A stretch of DNA of 63,136 bases, the filler included. It is 4 parts of 4 records of this genome, joined end to end, with 100 filler letters (N's around TTAATTAATTAA, not from the genome) between each part and the next. Parts side by side here need not be neighbours in the genome. Positions count along the whole stretch, not along the records: positions 13,289 to 40,919 come from SRR20825006_2127; positions 41,020 to 57,751 come from SRR20825006_2128; 2 more parts are not named here. The stretch is one strand, 5' to 3'. A program made the position numbers and the translations under genes. Positions 36,981-46,278 of the stretch are shown here, piece after piece. The stretch's first letter is position 1; each line of letters starts with the position of its first letter. The notes below the pieces were generated by a model that did not search any database, was not told where the DNA came from, and worked only from the letters and a program-made list of their open reading frames with translations.

Positions 36981-39152
36981 ATGCGAAACATTCACCCCAA
37001 AACACTTCAAGACCTAGAGTTTCCAACCGTATTGACGCAGATTGCTGCTCGATGCAATACGGAGCTGGGAAAGGAAAAGGCATTGTCCATTGAACCATAC
37101 CGCCACAAAGATGAGTTGATGGATGTTTTGGGACAGACTTCGGAATATTTGGCTTCGTTTTCCAACGATAACCGTATTCCCAATCACGGTTTCGACCACA
37201 TCAATAGTGAACTGGGACTGCTCAAAATTGACAACAGCACTTTGGAAATTAGCGGTTTTCGCAAAATTGGCGGCATTTGTAAGACTGTTGCCATTCACCA
37301 TAAATTCTTCAAAAAGTTTAAGGAGTATTATCCCTTACTTTTTAATAAAGTGGATGCTTTGGAGCTACATCCTGAAATTCCCGATGCCATTGATGATGTT
37401 ATCGATAAGTTTGGGGAAATCAAGGATTCCGCGTCGGATGAACTTCGGTACATCAGGAGTCAAATCAATGAGGTGCGCAGCAAGATAAACCAGAGCTTTA
37501 GTGCTGCATTGGGGCGTTATCAATCGTCCGATTTTTTGGATGAAATCCGCGAATCCGTGGTTGAAAACCGTCGGGTTTTGGCCGTTAAGGCCATGCATCG
37601 TAAGAAAGTGAAGGGTACCGTGATGGGCACTTCCAAGACTGGAAGTATCGTATACATTGTGCCAGAAGCTACGCTGGCCTACACCAGGGAGTTGAGCAAT
37701 CTGGAATTTGACGAGAAAGAAGAGGTACAACGTATCCTAAACAAGTTGACGGACAAAATCCGCCCTTACCTGGAATTGCTAAAAGACTATCAATCCTATC
37801 TTTCAGAAACCGATATTACGGCAGCAAAAGCACGCTATGCCAACGATATGAACGGCATATTGCCAGAAATCAATGATGAGCGTGAGATGTTTCTCCGAGA
37901 TGCCTTTCACCCCCTGCTCTATTTATCCAACAAGCGAAAGAACGAAAAGACGTGGCCACAGACCATAAAACTGCATAAGGAAAACCGGATAATTGTGATT
38001 TCGGGACCCAATGCAGGGGGTAAAAGTATTACCCTAAAAACAATTGGACTGCTTCAAGTGATGCTTCAAAGTGGTTTGTTGATTCCCGTGCACGAGCGTA
38101 GTTCCGTTTGCTTTTTTGATAAGATTTTGACGGATATTGGGGACAATCAATCCATTGAAAATCATTTAAGTACGTATAGTTATCGGTTAAAGAACATGAA
38201 CCACTTCCTTAAAAAGTGCAACGACAAAACATTGTTCTTAATTGATGAGTTTGGAACGGGAAGTGACCCCGAATTGGGCGGCGCCCTGGCCGAAGCTTTC
38301 TTGGAAGTGTTCTACGAGCGTGAGGCTTATGGAGTCATCACAACGCACTATGCCAATTTAAAGGCGCTGGCCAACGAATTGCCACATGCCACCAACGCGA
38401 ACATGCTGTTCAATTCCAAAACGCTGGAACCTACCTTTCAATTGGTTTTGGGGGAAGCGGGAAGTTCCTTTACGTTTGAGGTCGCCCAAAAGAACGGCAT
38501 CCCCTACTCCTTGATCAATAAGGCCAAGAAAAAGATTGAACGTGGAAAGGTCCGTTTTGACGCCACGATTGCCAAGCTGCAAAAAGAGCGCAGCAAAATG
38601 GTGGAGACCGGCTCCAAACTTAAAGAAGAAGAAAATAAGGCCCGTGAGGAAAATGAACGTTTGGAACAACTGAATTCCAAGATCAAATCCAAACTGGAGA
38701 GCTACCAAGAGATGTACGACCACAACCAGCGTATGATTCAATTGGGCAACAAGGTGAATACCGCTGCGGAAAAATACTTCATGGACAAGAAAAAGCGTCC
38801 TTTGATCTCCGAGATGCTCCGTATTGTGGAAACCGAGAACAGCAAGCGCAAAAAGACCACCGCCAAAAAGGCCAAGGCCAAACAGGAAGAAAAGAAACAA
38901 GTGGCCCAAGAGCTGGAGCAGAAAATCAAGAAGGTACGGGTCGAGAAAAAAATCCAAAAGAAAAAGGAAATCCAGGCCGAAAAGAACAAACCCAGGCCTG
39001 TTTTTAAGATTGGTGACCGTGTCCGTTTGATGGATGGTAAGGCCGTGGGCAGCATCGATACGCTGGAAAAAGGCAAAGCGGTGGTCAACTACGGGATGTT
39101 CACCACCAATGTGAGTGTGGACCAGTTGGAATTGGTGGAGGCAAAAAAGTAA
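36981..39152 (+). CDS. mutS2: MutS2-family protein lacking a C-terminal Smr domain
   Basis: ISGPNAGGKS, DIGDNQSIE, LIDEFGTGSDP, TTHY, coiled coil, KOW-like end. Confidence 0.92.
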   Translation: MRNIHPKTLQDLEFPTVLTQIAARCNTELGKEKALSIEPYRHKDELMDVLGQTSEYLASFSNDNRIPNHGFDHINSELGLLKIDNSTLEISGFRKIGGICKTVAIHHKFFKKFKEYYPLLFNKVDALELHPEIPDAIDDVIDKFGEIKDSASDELRYIRSQINEVRSKINQSFSAALGRYQSSDFLDEIRESVVENRRVLAVKAMHRKKVKGTVMGTSKTGSIVYIVPEATLAYTRELSNLEFDEKEEVQRILNKLTDKIRPYLELLKDYQSYLSETDITAAKARYANDMNGILPEINDEREMFLRDAFHPLLYLSNKRKNEKTWPQTIKLHKENRIIVISGPNAGGKSITLKTIGLLQVMLQSGLLIPVHERSSVCFFDKILTDIGDNQSIENHLSTYSYRLKNMNHFLKKCNDKTLFLIDEFGTGSDPELGGALAEAFLEVFYEREAYGVITTHYANLKALANELPHATNANMLFNSKTLEPTFQLVLGEAGSSFTFEVAQKNGIPYSLINKAKKKIERGKVRFDATIAKLQKERSKMVETGSKLKEEENKAREENERLEQLNSKIKSKLESYQEMYDHNQRMIQLGNKVNTAAEKYFMDKKKRPLISEMLRIVETENSKRKKTTAKKAKAKQEEKKQVAQELEQKIKKVRVEKKIQKKKEIQAEKNKPRPVFKIGDRVRLMDGKAVGSIDTLEKGKAVVNYGMFTTNVSVDQLELVEAKK

Positions 39153-39158
39153 TCCGAT

Positions 39159-39241
39159 TGTCATTTCGAAATAAGGAGGGCACCGACGATTGAGAAATCT
39201 CTTTGCAATCTTCAGATTTCTCACATTCGTTCGAAATGACA
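39159..39241. repeat. REP/MITE-like palindrome
   Basis: TGTCATTTCGAA / TTCGAAATGACA outer arms with inner TGAGAAATCT / AGATTTCTCA. Confidence 0.7.
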
Positions 39242-39383
39242 CGCTGCCATCATTTTTAGTGTTGACAACTCCTCATAAGTCAACCACTTAACCTATTGTT
39301 TGTCAGGGTTTTTTCAGCGAACTTCGTTATCGGTTGATATAAATCATTGAAACGAAGCATCTTTATAACATTAGCGTTGATTT

Positions 39384-40178
39384 ATGACAAAAGACAAATT
39401 TCAAAAAGAAGAATTAGATAAAATTGTCGTTTCCTTTATCAAACTGACAAAATTTGTAATTCTAGTTTTTGAAAATAATACATCTGGAACTAAGGAAAAT
39501 ATTAGAAGAAATTTTATAGCAAAGTCTAATTCTTTATTAAATAGTATTTCAATACTTATCTCCGCAAATCAAGAAGGCGAAGCAATGGCATTATATAGAA
39601 TGTTGATTGAAAGATATTTTTATTTAGAATATTTAGAAAAGAAGGACAAATATCAAGAATTTAAAGATTGGTCATATATCAAGACATACGAGTCTAGAAA
39701 TAACGCTAGAAGTAATTCAGAATTCAATGATTCTACCACGAAGAAATATCTAAAAGATAGCCCTGAACAAGTAAAAAAATATCAAAAACTAAAATTGGAA
39801 AAAATTGATTGGGTTGAACCAAAATTAGAAGATTTCGCTAAAGAATTAAATTTAACATTCTTATATAAGTTGGGATATGATTTGGGCTCTTCCTTTATTC
39901 ATCCAAGAGCAGATGAAGGTTATTCGGATGCGTTAAGGTTAGTAAGCAAAAATCCAACACCAGAATTTAGAAAATTAAATATCTTGAAAAATTCAATATT
40001 AATAGCCAATTCAATATTGATGTATTCTTGTAATTATTCAGAACATAATTTTGGAAAATATTTGAATTTATATTGCAATGTAATTTTTGGATTCTTGAAT
40101 GAAGGACAAAATCTTCCTAACCTTGAAGATATTGAGAAAATATTTTTTGCAAGTCAAATGAAAGATTTAGAAGCATAA
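39384..40178 (+). CDS. AT-rich all-helical protein, DUF5677/HEPN-like
   Basis: L.R.LIE...YL.YL and Y..GS.FIHP motifs; low GC relative to flanks. Confidence 0.6.
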   Translation: MTKDKFQKEELDKIVVSFIKLTKFVILVFENNTSGTKENIRRNFIAKSNSLLNSISILISANQEGEAMALYRMLIERYFYLEYLEKKDKYQEFKDWSYIKTYESRNNARSNSEFNDSTTKKYLKDSPEQVKKYQKLKLEKIDWVEPKLEDFAKELNLTFLYKLGYDLGSSFIHPRADEGYSDALRLVSKNPTPEFRKLNILKNSILIANSILMYSCNYSEHNFGKYLNLYCNVIFGFLNEGQNLPNLEDIEKIFFASQMKDLEA

Positions 40179-40420
40179 ACTACAGCTAACAGTGCTTAAG
40201 GGAGCCAATATGCGATTTTCAGAGGAAAATAATAATTTATAACTCCGAACAACAAAACAACAAGTTGACCACTCCACGTGCTAAATTCCGCACACTTTTG
40301 TTAATCACGGCCAATAACGCCATCCCCATTTTACACATATCACAAAATCCCTCCGAGCGTTCAGTTCATTTTTTCCTATCTTGTTTAGCAATTAGAAACT
40401 AAACATCGTATAACGAAAAA

Positions 40421-40919
40421 ATGAAAAAAACAACCAATTCCCAAAGCAGAAGAAATTTTGTGAAAAACACCGCGCTGGCGTCCAGCATTTTTATTGTGCC
40501 CCGGCATGTGCTGGGCGGTCCGGGCTTTTTGGCCCCCAGCGACCGTTTGAACATCGCTGCCATTGGTGCAGGTGGCAAAGGAGCCAGCGATATTGCCAAC
40601 GCCTCCGTAAATGGGCGTGAAAATGTAGTGGCCCTTTGTGATGTCGATTTTTCCGGATCGGCCAAGAGGTCGGTAGAGCGTTTTCCCAAGGCAAAGCTCT
40701 TTAGCGATTATCGTGAAATGCTCGATACCATGAAGGATATCGATGCGGTTACCATCAGTACGCCCGACCACGTTCACGGTCCGGCTGCAGCTTATGCCAT
40801 GCAGCGCGGCAAGCACGTGTATGTACAAAAACCGATGACGCACAACATCCGCGAGGCACGTATGCTCACCCAAATGGCCCGTGATAAAAAAATAGTGACC
40901 CAAATGGGGAACCAAGGAG
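40421..40919 (+). CDS. Gfo/Idh/MocA oxidoreductase with Tat signal, truncated by contig end
   Basis: SRRNFVK; IGAGGKG; STPDHVH; KHVYVQKP; QMGNQG. Confidence 0.92.
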
Positions 40920-41019
40920 NNNNNNNNNNNNNNNNNNNNNNNNNNNNNNNNNNNNNNNNNNNNTTAATTAATTAANNNNNNNNNNNNNNNNNNNNNNNNN
41001 NNNNNNNNNNNNNNNNNNN
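40920..41019. other. Artificial contig linker
   Basis: N44-TTAATTAATTAA-N44. Confidence 0.99.
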
Positions 41020-41079
41020 AGATTTATCGGATTAAATCTGGACTTCCCCTCGTTCCGTAGCTCCGCTGTCGCAAGATAT

Positions 41080-41128
41080 CTTAAGTCTGTGACTTAAGAG
41101 TAGTAGCTCTGCAAGTTTGTAACTTGCA
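41080..41128. repeat. Pair of short REP-like hairpins
   Basis: CTTAAGTC-TGT-GACTTAAG and TGCAAGTT-TGT-AACTTGCA. Confidence 0.55.
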
Positions 41129-41364
41129 TTACAGACAACTGTTTTATTTATAGAATGCCTTTCATTATCCTTGAACATCAACAAACTCATTGTATTACTC
41201 TGCATTAGGATACTATGATTTCCTACGGTATTAACCCAAATTATACCATTACTGCAAATTTTGGCACGCTGGTTTAAGTCTTTGGCACTCCAGTTTTGTG
41301 ATTAGATAGTACTTTCTGAGTAGATAATCTAAAATATTTAAACGAGCACTCAGAATTTTCAAAG

Positions 41365-41655
41365 ATGAAAAAACAAGACCACACCTGTGACTTCTGCCAT
41401 TCAGAAGAAGGAAAACCAAGACCTATCGGAAACTACATCGTTGAACTTAAAGAAATTGATGTACTAGGAACCAATAAAAAAGCCTGTCAAAGTTGTTACC
41501 TCAACACAAAGCGAATATTAAAAGCACAAGCTCAAAGAAGTATGAGAGGGAGCTTTCTCAAAAAACTTAAAAAATTCAGCGTTAAGTTATTCAGTGCTTA
41601 TGTTCTGTTGTTGCTGGTATTCTCTACTACACCTATTTCGTTATGGATTTGTTAG
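41365..41655 (+). CDS. Small C4 zinc-ribbon protein with C-terminal hydrophobic helix (paralog A)
   Basis: CDFC-x29-CQSC; basic linker; TM-like tail; paralog at 54962. Confidence 0.8.
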   Translation: MKKQDHTCDFCHSEEGKPRPIGNYIVELKEIDVLGTNKKACQSCYLNTKRILKAQAQRSMRGSFLKKLKKFSVKLFSAYVLLLLVFSTTPISLWIC

Positions 41656-41707
41656 CAAGCTAAACTTGTCTCTACTCGGAAAAGTCTTTCATTGAGAGAG
41701 GTGTTTT

Positions 41708-41729
41708 TTGACCCGAAAATTCGGGTCAA
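41708..41729. terminator. Hairpin downstream of paralog A
   Basis: TTGACCCGA-AAAT-TCGGGTCAA. Confidence 0.4.
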
Positions 41730-42108
41730 TAGATTGGGTATTTTCGAACTGAAAACGATAGTAATAGGGGGGGTAGGTTATTCAGCTTGCTACCTCGAAC
41801 GTACCTCTAATCATCCAAAGAACTGGTTGAATGATTATCTCTCACAATGGGTGGCTTACTGGAATTGATTAGTTGTTAATGAGGAATTAAGATCAGTATC
41901 TAGATCATCCTTTACATATTAAACCGCATATCTCACTATTCAAACACGACCTTCTATAAGTAACTCCTAATAAATCGAGTTCGGTTTTTGGACAAATTCT
42001 ATCTAATGGGTTATTATCAAAGCATCGATTCAGAAATTCATCAGTTTTTTGGGAACTCTTAAAAAAATATTCGACATTAGTTGATTCCTTAAATGTATTT
42101 TTTTGGAG

Positions 42109-45100
42109 ATGAAACCCACCATTCTAAAGAATCTTTTATTAATTAGTTCCCTTTTTTTTGTAGTTCAAACTGCATTGGCGCAGGATATTGACCTTCAGAA
42201 CTATATAGTCACTCAGTTTGGTATGGAGGAGGGGCTGCCCCAGAGCTCAGTGAACGACATCATTCAAACAAAAGATGGATACATTTGGCTAGCAACTTTT
42301 GGAGGATTGGTTCGCTTTGATGGAAATACCTTTACTACATATGACCGATCAAATACTTCATGTTTGATATCCGATAGATTGTTAAAGATTTTTCCAGACA
42401 AAGATGGGGGTATATGGTTATTCCCTGGTTTTGCTGACACAATTGTCTCTCGGTTTAAGAATGGGGTTTGCACAACCTACAAAATAGGTGAAGGGGTTTC
42501 TTCTGTTGTTGATATGATTGAGGATGAACGTGGAATTATTTGGCTAACTGCTTTTTCTAAAGTATATCGCTTTGATGGAAATGAGTTTTTAGAGGTTCCT
42601 ATTAAAAAAGATGAAGTATCTATCCAAAGAGCAAAAAAGAGTAAAGAGGGTGTTTGGTTTGGGTACGAGAAAAAGATTCTTCATACACTCGGAGATTCAG
42701 TAGTAGAAGTTTATGATTCATTACCAGGTTTAACCTCGAACATAATTAGGATCTATGAACATCCCCTCAATAGTAGAATTTTATTAATTGGGACAAGCTA
42801 TGACGGTATTCTTGAAGTCGACTTAAATCAGGATGATTTTAATTATAAAGCAGATAAACTGCCCTATAATTATTTCCTAAGTTTACAATTTGATAAGAAG
42901 TTTAATTCTTTTGCCATAACACCAGACGGCATAGCTGTTAAAAAAGAGTCAGTGTTTGTGCCATTTAATCCATTTGATAAGGAACAGGGGATTCGGCTGA
43001 AAGCAATATTACAAGATAATGAGGGCAATTATTGGATAGGAACTGGGGGGAATGGTCTGTTTCGATTTCGGAATAAGATAATTTCGATGATTGATAAGGA
43101 TAAAGGCTTGCAGAACGAGAAAATGCTTTCTATAACTCAGCTAAAAAATGGAACTAAGCTACTTTCAACCAACTGTAGTGGTATTTATGAATGGAAAGAT
43201 GGGAAAGCTAGCTTGTCTACTATTCATAAATATTTGGATATTGGATGCTTTTGGTCTGTATTCCAAGATTCTAAAGATAGGATTTGGGTGGGAGGAGGCG
43301 CACCCTACATGACAGAATCTCTTGATAAACCAGGGAAGCTGTTTGGAGTGAAAGATGGATATACTGGTTATTTTGTCTTTGCTATAACTGAAGACTCAAA
43401 AGGAAATATCTGGGTGGCTTCCTCCAATGGAATTTTTATTTATGATGGGAATTCATTTGTAAAAGAAATCACAGAAGATGATGGGCTTTTTTATAGTGAT
43501 GCTAGAGTATTGTATGAAGATGAATCGGGAGTGATGTGGGTTGGAACTAACGGCGGGTTAAATACAATTGATGGCGATGTTGTGTCGAAGATCAAATTGT
43601 TTAACAATGCAGAGCATGCTATTCCTAGACAGCCTGAAGTTAGAGCGATTTATAAAGATGAAGAAGGAGCATTTTGGATTGGAACATACGGTGATGGACT
43701 ATTTAGAATTAAAGAAGGGAAGATTGTAAGCATCACTACGAAGGATGGATTATTTGACAATGTTGTGTCACATATTATTGCGGATAAACTGGGGCATTTT
43801 TGGATGGGGAGCAACCGTGGCATCTCGCGAATAAACAGGCAGGAACTAAATGATTACATTGATGGGAAAATTGGAACAATACACTCCTATTCTTATGGTA
43901 TTTCTGATGGAATGAATTCAGCAGAGACAAATGGAGGATTTCAACCAAGCTCGATAGTGGATTCACTAGGAAATATTTATCTCCCAACAGTTGCTGGGGT
44001 TGCAATTGTGTCTACGAAAACGGTGAGACAGAATGTAATACCCCCTCCTGTATATATTGAAAATTTGAGAAACAATGAAAAGAGTTTGCCTTTATCAGAT
44101 GCGATTACTTTGGCATATGACAATCCTTTTCTTGAAATTAATTATACAGCCATTTGTTTTAGTGATCCTAAGAAAGTACAGTTTAAATATAGGATGGAAG
44201 GGCTAAACGATAACTGGATTGAAGTTGGTACCCGGAGAGAAGCTCTGTATTCAAAGATACCGCCTGGACAATACACCTTTCAGGTGATCGCTAGTAATAA
44301 CGATGGGGTATGGAATATGGAAGGAGCTTCCCTTCAAATTATTGTAGTCCCACCATTTTGGCAAACCGTTTGGTTTTATGGAGTAATAGTCCTCTTCTTT
44401 CTTACCTCAGGTCCTTCAATCTATCTATATCGAATTAAGGTGCTCAAAAAAGAAAACGAAAAACAGAAACGTTTTGCTGAGCAACTAATTGACTCTCAAG
44501 AGCGAGAACGCAGGCGTATTGCATCCGAACTACATGATGGGCTAGGGCAACAAATACTGGTTATAAAGAATCGTGCAGAACTGGCTCAACTACAAGTAGA
44601 TAACCCTACAGAAATTGCTGAACAACTTTCCGAAATCACGAAAAGTGCTGTTATTTCTATCTCGGATGTACGTACGATTTCCTATGGGTTGCGCCCTGTA
44701 CATTTAGAGAAATTTGGACTAACTGAGGCAATTACTAACTTATTCGATCAGATTAAAAGCACCTCAACTATTGAATGGAGTTATCATATCGATCGCATAG
44801 ATGAAACTATTGCAAAGGAAAAAGAGATTAATTTCTACAGAGTACTTCAGGAAGCCTCGAAGAATATTCTCAAACATTCCTCGGCCAGCCAAGCTTCTGT
44901 AATGGTAAAATTATTTGAAACAGAAATCAGAGTTAGCTTGTGGGATGATGGTAAGGGTTTTGCAATGAAAAAAATGGAAGGATTGGGAGGCTTAGGCTTT
45001 CTTGGGATGAAGGAACGTGTAGAGAATTTAGGTGGCTCATTGGTTGTACAGTCTAGTTTAGGTGAGGGAACAGTTGTAAAATTTGTAATACCAATTAATA

Positions 45101-45111
45101 AGAATGGATAA
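42109..45111 (+). CDS. Sensor histidine kinase: periplasmic Reg_prop beta-propellers + Y_Y_Y + TM + HisKA_3/HATPase
   Basis: GLPQSSV..I.Q..DGYIW repeats, QFKYRMEG...W...YSKIPPG.YTF, ERRRIASELHDGLGQ, DDGKGF. Confidence 0.93.
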   Translation: MKPTILKNLLLISSLFFVVQTALAQDIDLQNYIVTQFGMEEGLPQSSVNDIIQTKDGYIWLATFGGLVRFDGNTFTTYDRSNTSCLISDRLLKIFPDKDGGIWLFPGFADTIVSRFKNGVCTTYKIGEGVSSVVDMIEDERGIIWLTAFSKVYRFDGNEFLEVPIKKDEVSIQRAKKSKEGVWFGYEKKILHTLGDSVVEVYDSLPGLTSNIIRIYEHPLNSRILLIGTSYDGILEVDLNQDDFNYKADKLPYNYFLSLQFDKKFNSFAITPDGIAVKKESVFVPFNPFDKEQGIRLKAILQDNEGNYWIGTGGNGLFRFRNKIISMIDKDKGLQNEKMLSITQLKNGTKLLSTNCSGIYEWKDGKASLSTIHKYLDIGCFWSVFQDSKDRIWVGGGAPYMTESLDKPGKLFGVKDGYTGYFVFAITEDSKGNIWVASSNGIFIYDGNSFVKEITEDDGLFYSDARVLYEDESGVMWVGTNGGLNTIDGDVVSKIKLFNNAEHAIPRQPEVRAIYKDEEGAFWIGTYGDGLFRIKEGKIVSITTKDGLFDNVVSHIIADKLGHFWMGSNRGISRINRQELNDYIDGKIGTIHSYSYGISDGMNSAETNGGFQPSSIVDSLGNIYLPTVAGVAIVSTKTVRQNVIPPPVYIENLRNNEKSLPLSDAITLAYDNPFLEINYTAICFSDPKKVQFKYRMEGLNDNWIEVGTRREALYSKIPPGQYTFQVIASNNDGVWNMEGASLQIIVVPPFWQTVWFYGVIVLFFLTSGPSIYLYRIKVLKKENEKQKRFAEQLIDSQERERRRIASELHDGLGQQILVIKNRAELAQLQVDNPTEIAEQLSEITKSAVISISDVRTISYGLRPVHLEKFGLTEAITNLFDQIKSTSTIEWSYHIDRIDETIAKEKEINFYRVLQEASKNILKHSSASQASVMVKLFETEIRVSLWDDGKGFAMKKMEGLGGLGFLGMKERVENLGGSLVVQSSLGEGTVVKFVIPINKNG

Positions 45112-45754
45112 ACAAAAAAGCCTTTTAATAGCAGATGATCATGCCCTTATTCGTAATGGGTTGCGGCAAGTAATTGAATCACAGAACCTATTTGATGTCA
45201 TAGAGGCCAAAAACGGGGAAGAAGCGTTAACGCTTATCCGGGAAAAGAAACCAGATATTACTATTCTTGATATAGAAATGCCTTTAGTTTCAGGATTTGA
45301 AGTCGCCAAGCAGGTTCAAAAAGAATCACTTACAATTGATTTAGTCTTTCTTACCATGTTTAATGATGAAACAATCTTTAATAAAGCCATGGATATTGGT
45401 GTAAAAGGATATGTTTTAAAGGAGAATACGGTCACGGAAATAATGCAGTGTATACAATCTGTGTTAGCAGGAAAGCACTACTTGAGTCCCGCTATTTCAG
45501 ATTTTTTAATTAATCGTAATAAAAGATTAATTTCTACCCCTACCGATAAGAATGGAATAAATTTCCTAACTCCAACAGAAAAGAATCTTTTAAAACAGCT
45601 TGCTATGATGAAAACCAATCAGGAGTTGGCTGAAGAATTTAGCGTTAGCATTAAAACCATTCAAAACCATCGCAATAACATTTGCAACAAACTTGGGCTA
45701 CACGGCGCCCACGCTCTTCTCAAATTTGCCGTTGAACACTCAGTACAGTTTTAA
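45104..45754 (+). CDS. NarL/LuxR-family response regulator
   Basis: IADDH, LDIEMP, GYVLK, LTPTEK...S.KTIQNHR.NI..KL; overlaps kinase stop. Confidence 0.95.
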   Translation: MDKQKSLLIADDHALIRNGLRQVIESQNLFDVIEAKNGEEALTLIREKKPDITILDIEMPLVSGFEVAKQVQKESLTIDLVFLTMFNDETIFNKAMDIGVKGYVLKENTVTEIMQCIQSVLAGKHYLSPAISDFLINRNKRLISTPTDKNGINFLTPTEKNLLKQLAMMKTNQELAEEFSVSIKTIQNHRNNICNKLGLHGAHALLKFAVEHSVQF

Positions 45755-45784
45755 ATACCTGATTACAGTTTAAGTACATGCGTT

Positions 45785-45824
45785 ATAGGTACAACTACCT
45801 ATACGATTGGGTAGTTGTACCTAT
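45785..45824. promoter_or_regulatory. Tandem palindromic boxes, putative NarL-family binding sites
   Basis: ATAGGTA-CAAC-TACCTAT followed by TTGGGTA-GTTG-TACCTAT; the pair also forms a 15-bp inverted repeat. Confidence 0.65.
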
Positions 45825-45906
45825 TGGAATCCTCTGGTACAAGATTGATTTTCATGTTGGCTTGGGGGGTACAAACCCATCTAGAATTAAATCCTAAAAT
45901 CAATTA

Positions 45907-46278
45907 ATGAAAATAATGATTGTGGACGACCATGCAGACATGAGGCGGGTCTTGAGGAGTATTGTTTCATTTTCAACCGTTGAAACATCCGAAATAATCG
46001 AATGCGACAGCGGTGAGGAAGCAGTAGGCAAATACATACTGCAACAGCCCGACTGTGTATTGATGGATGTTGAGTTGAAAGGTATGAACGGCTTTGAAAC
46101 AACCGAAAAAATATACACTCAAGATTCAAATGCGAATGTGGTAATTGTAACAAGTTATGACACTACCGCATTTAGATCTAGAGCTGAAAAACTCCACGTT
46201 AAAGGATTTATATCAAAAGATAAGCTTTCCGACATCAAGCAAATTTTACAAAACATCACCTATAATAGGGGTACATAA
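45907..46278 (+). CDS. Stand-alone receiver-domain protein
   Basis: IMIVDDH, LMDVE, VTSYD, FISK; no output domain; TAATG coupling to the next gene. Confidence 0.9.
   Translation: MKIMIVDDHADMRRVLRSIVSFSTVETSEIIECDSGEEAVGKYILQQPDCVLMDVELKGMNGFETTEKIYTQDSNANVVIVTSYDTTAFRSRAEKLHVKGFISKDKLSDIKQILQNITYNRGT

Noticed and set aside
38358-39242. 294-aa antisense ORF over mutS2
   Set aside because: Phe/Leu-rich mirror of the Lys/Glu-rich coiled coil
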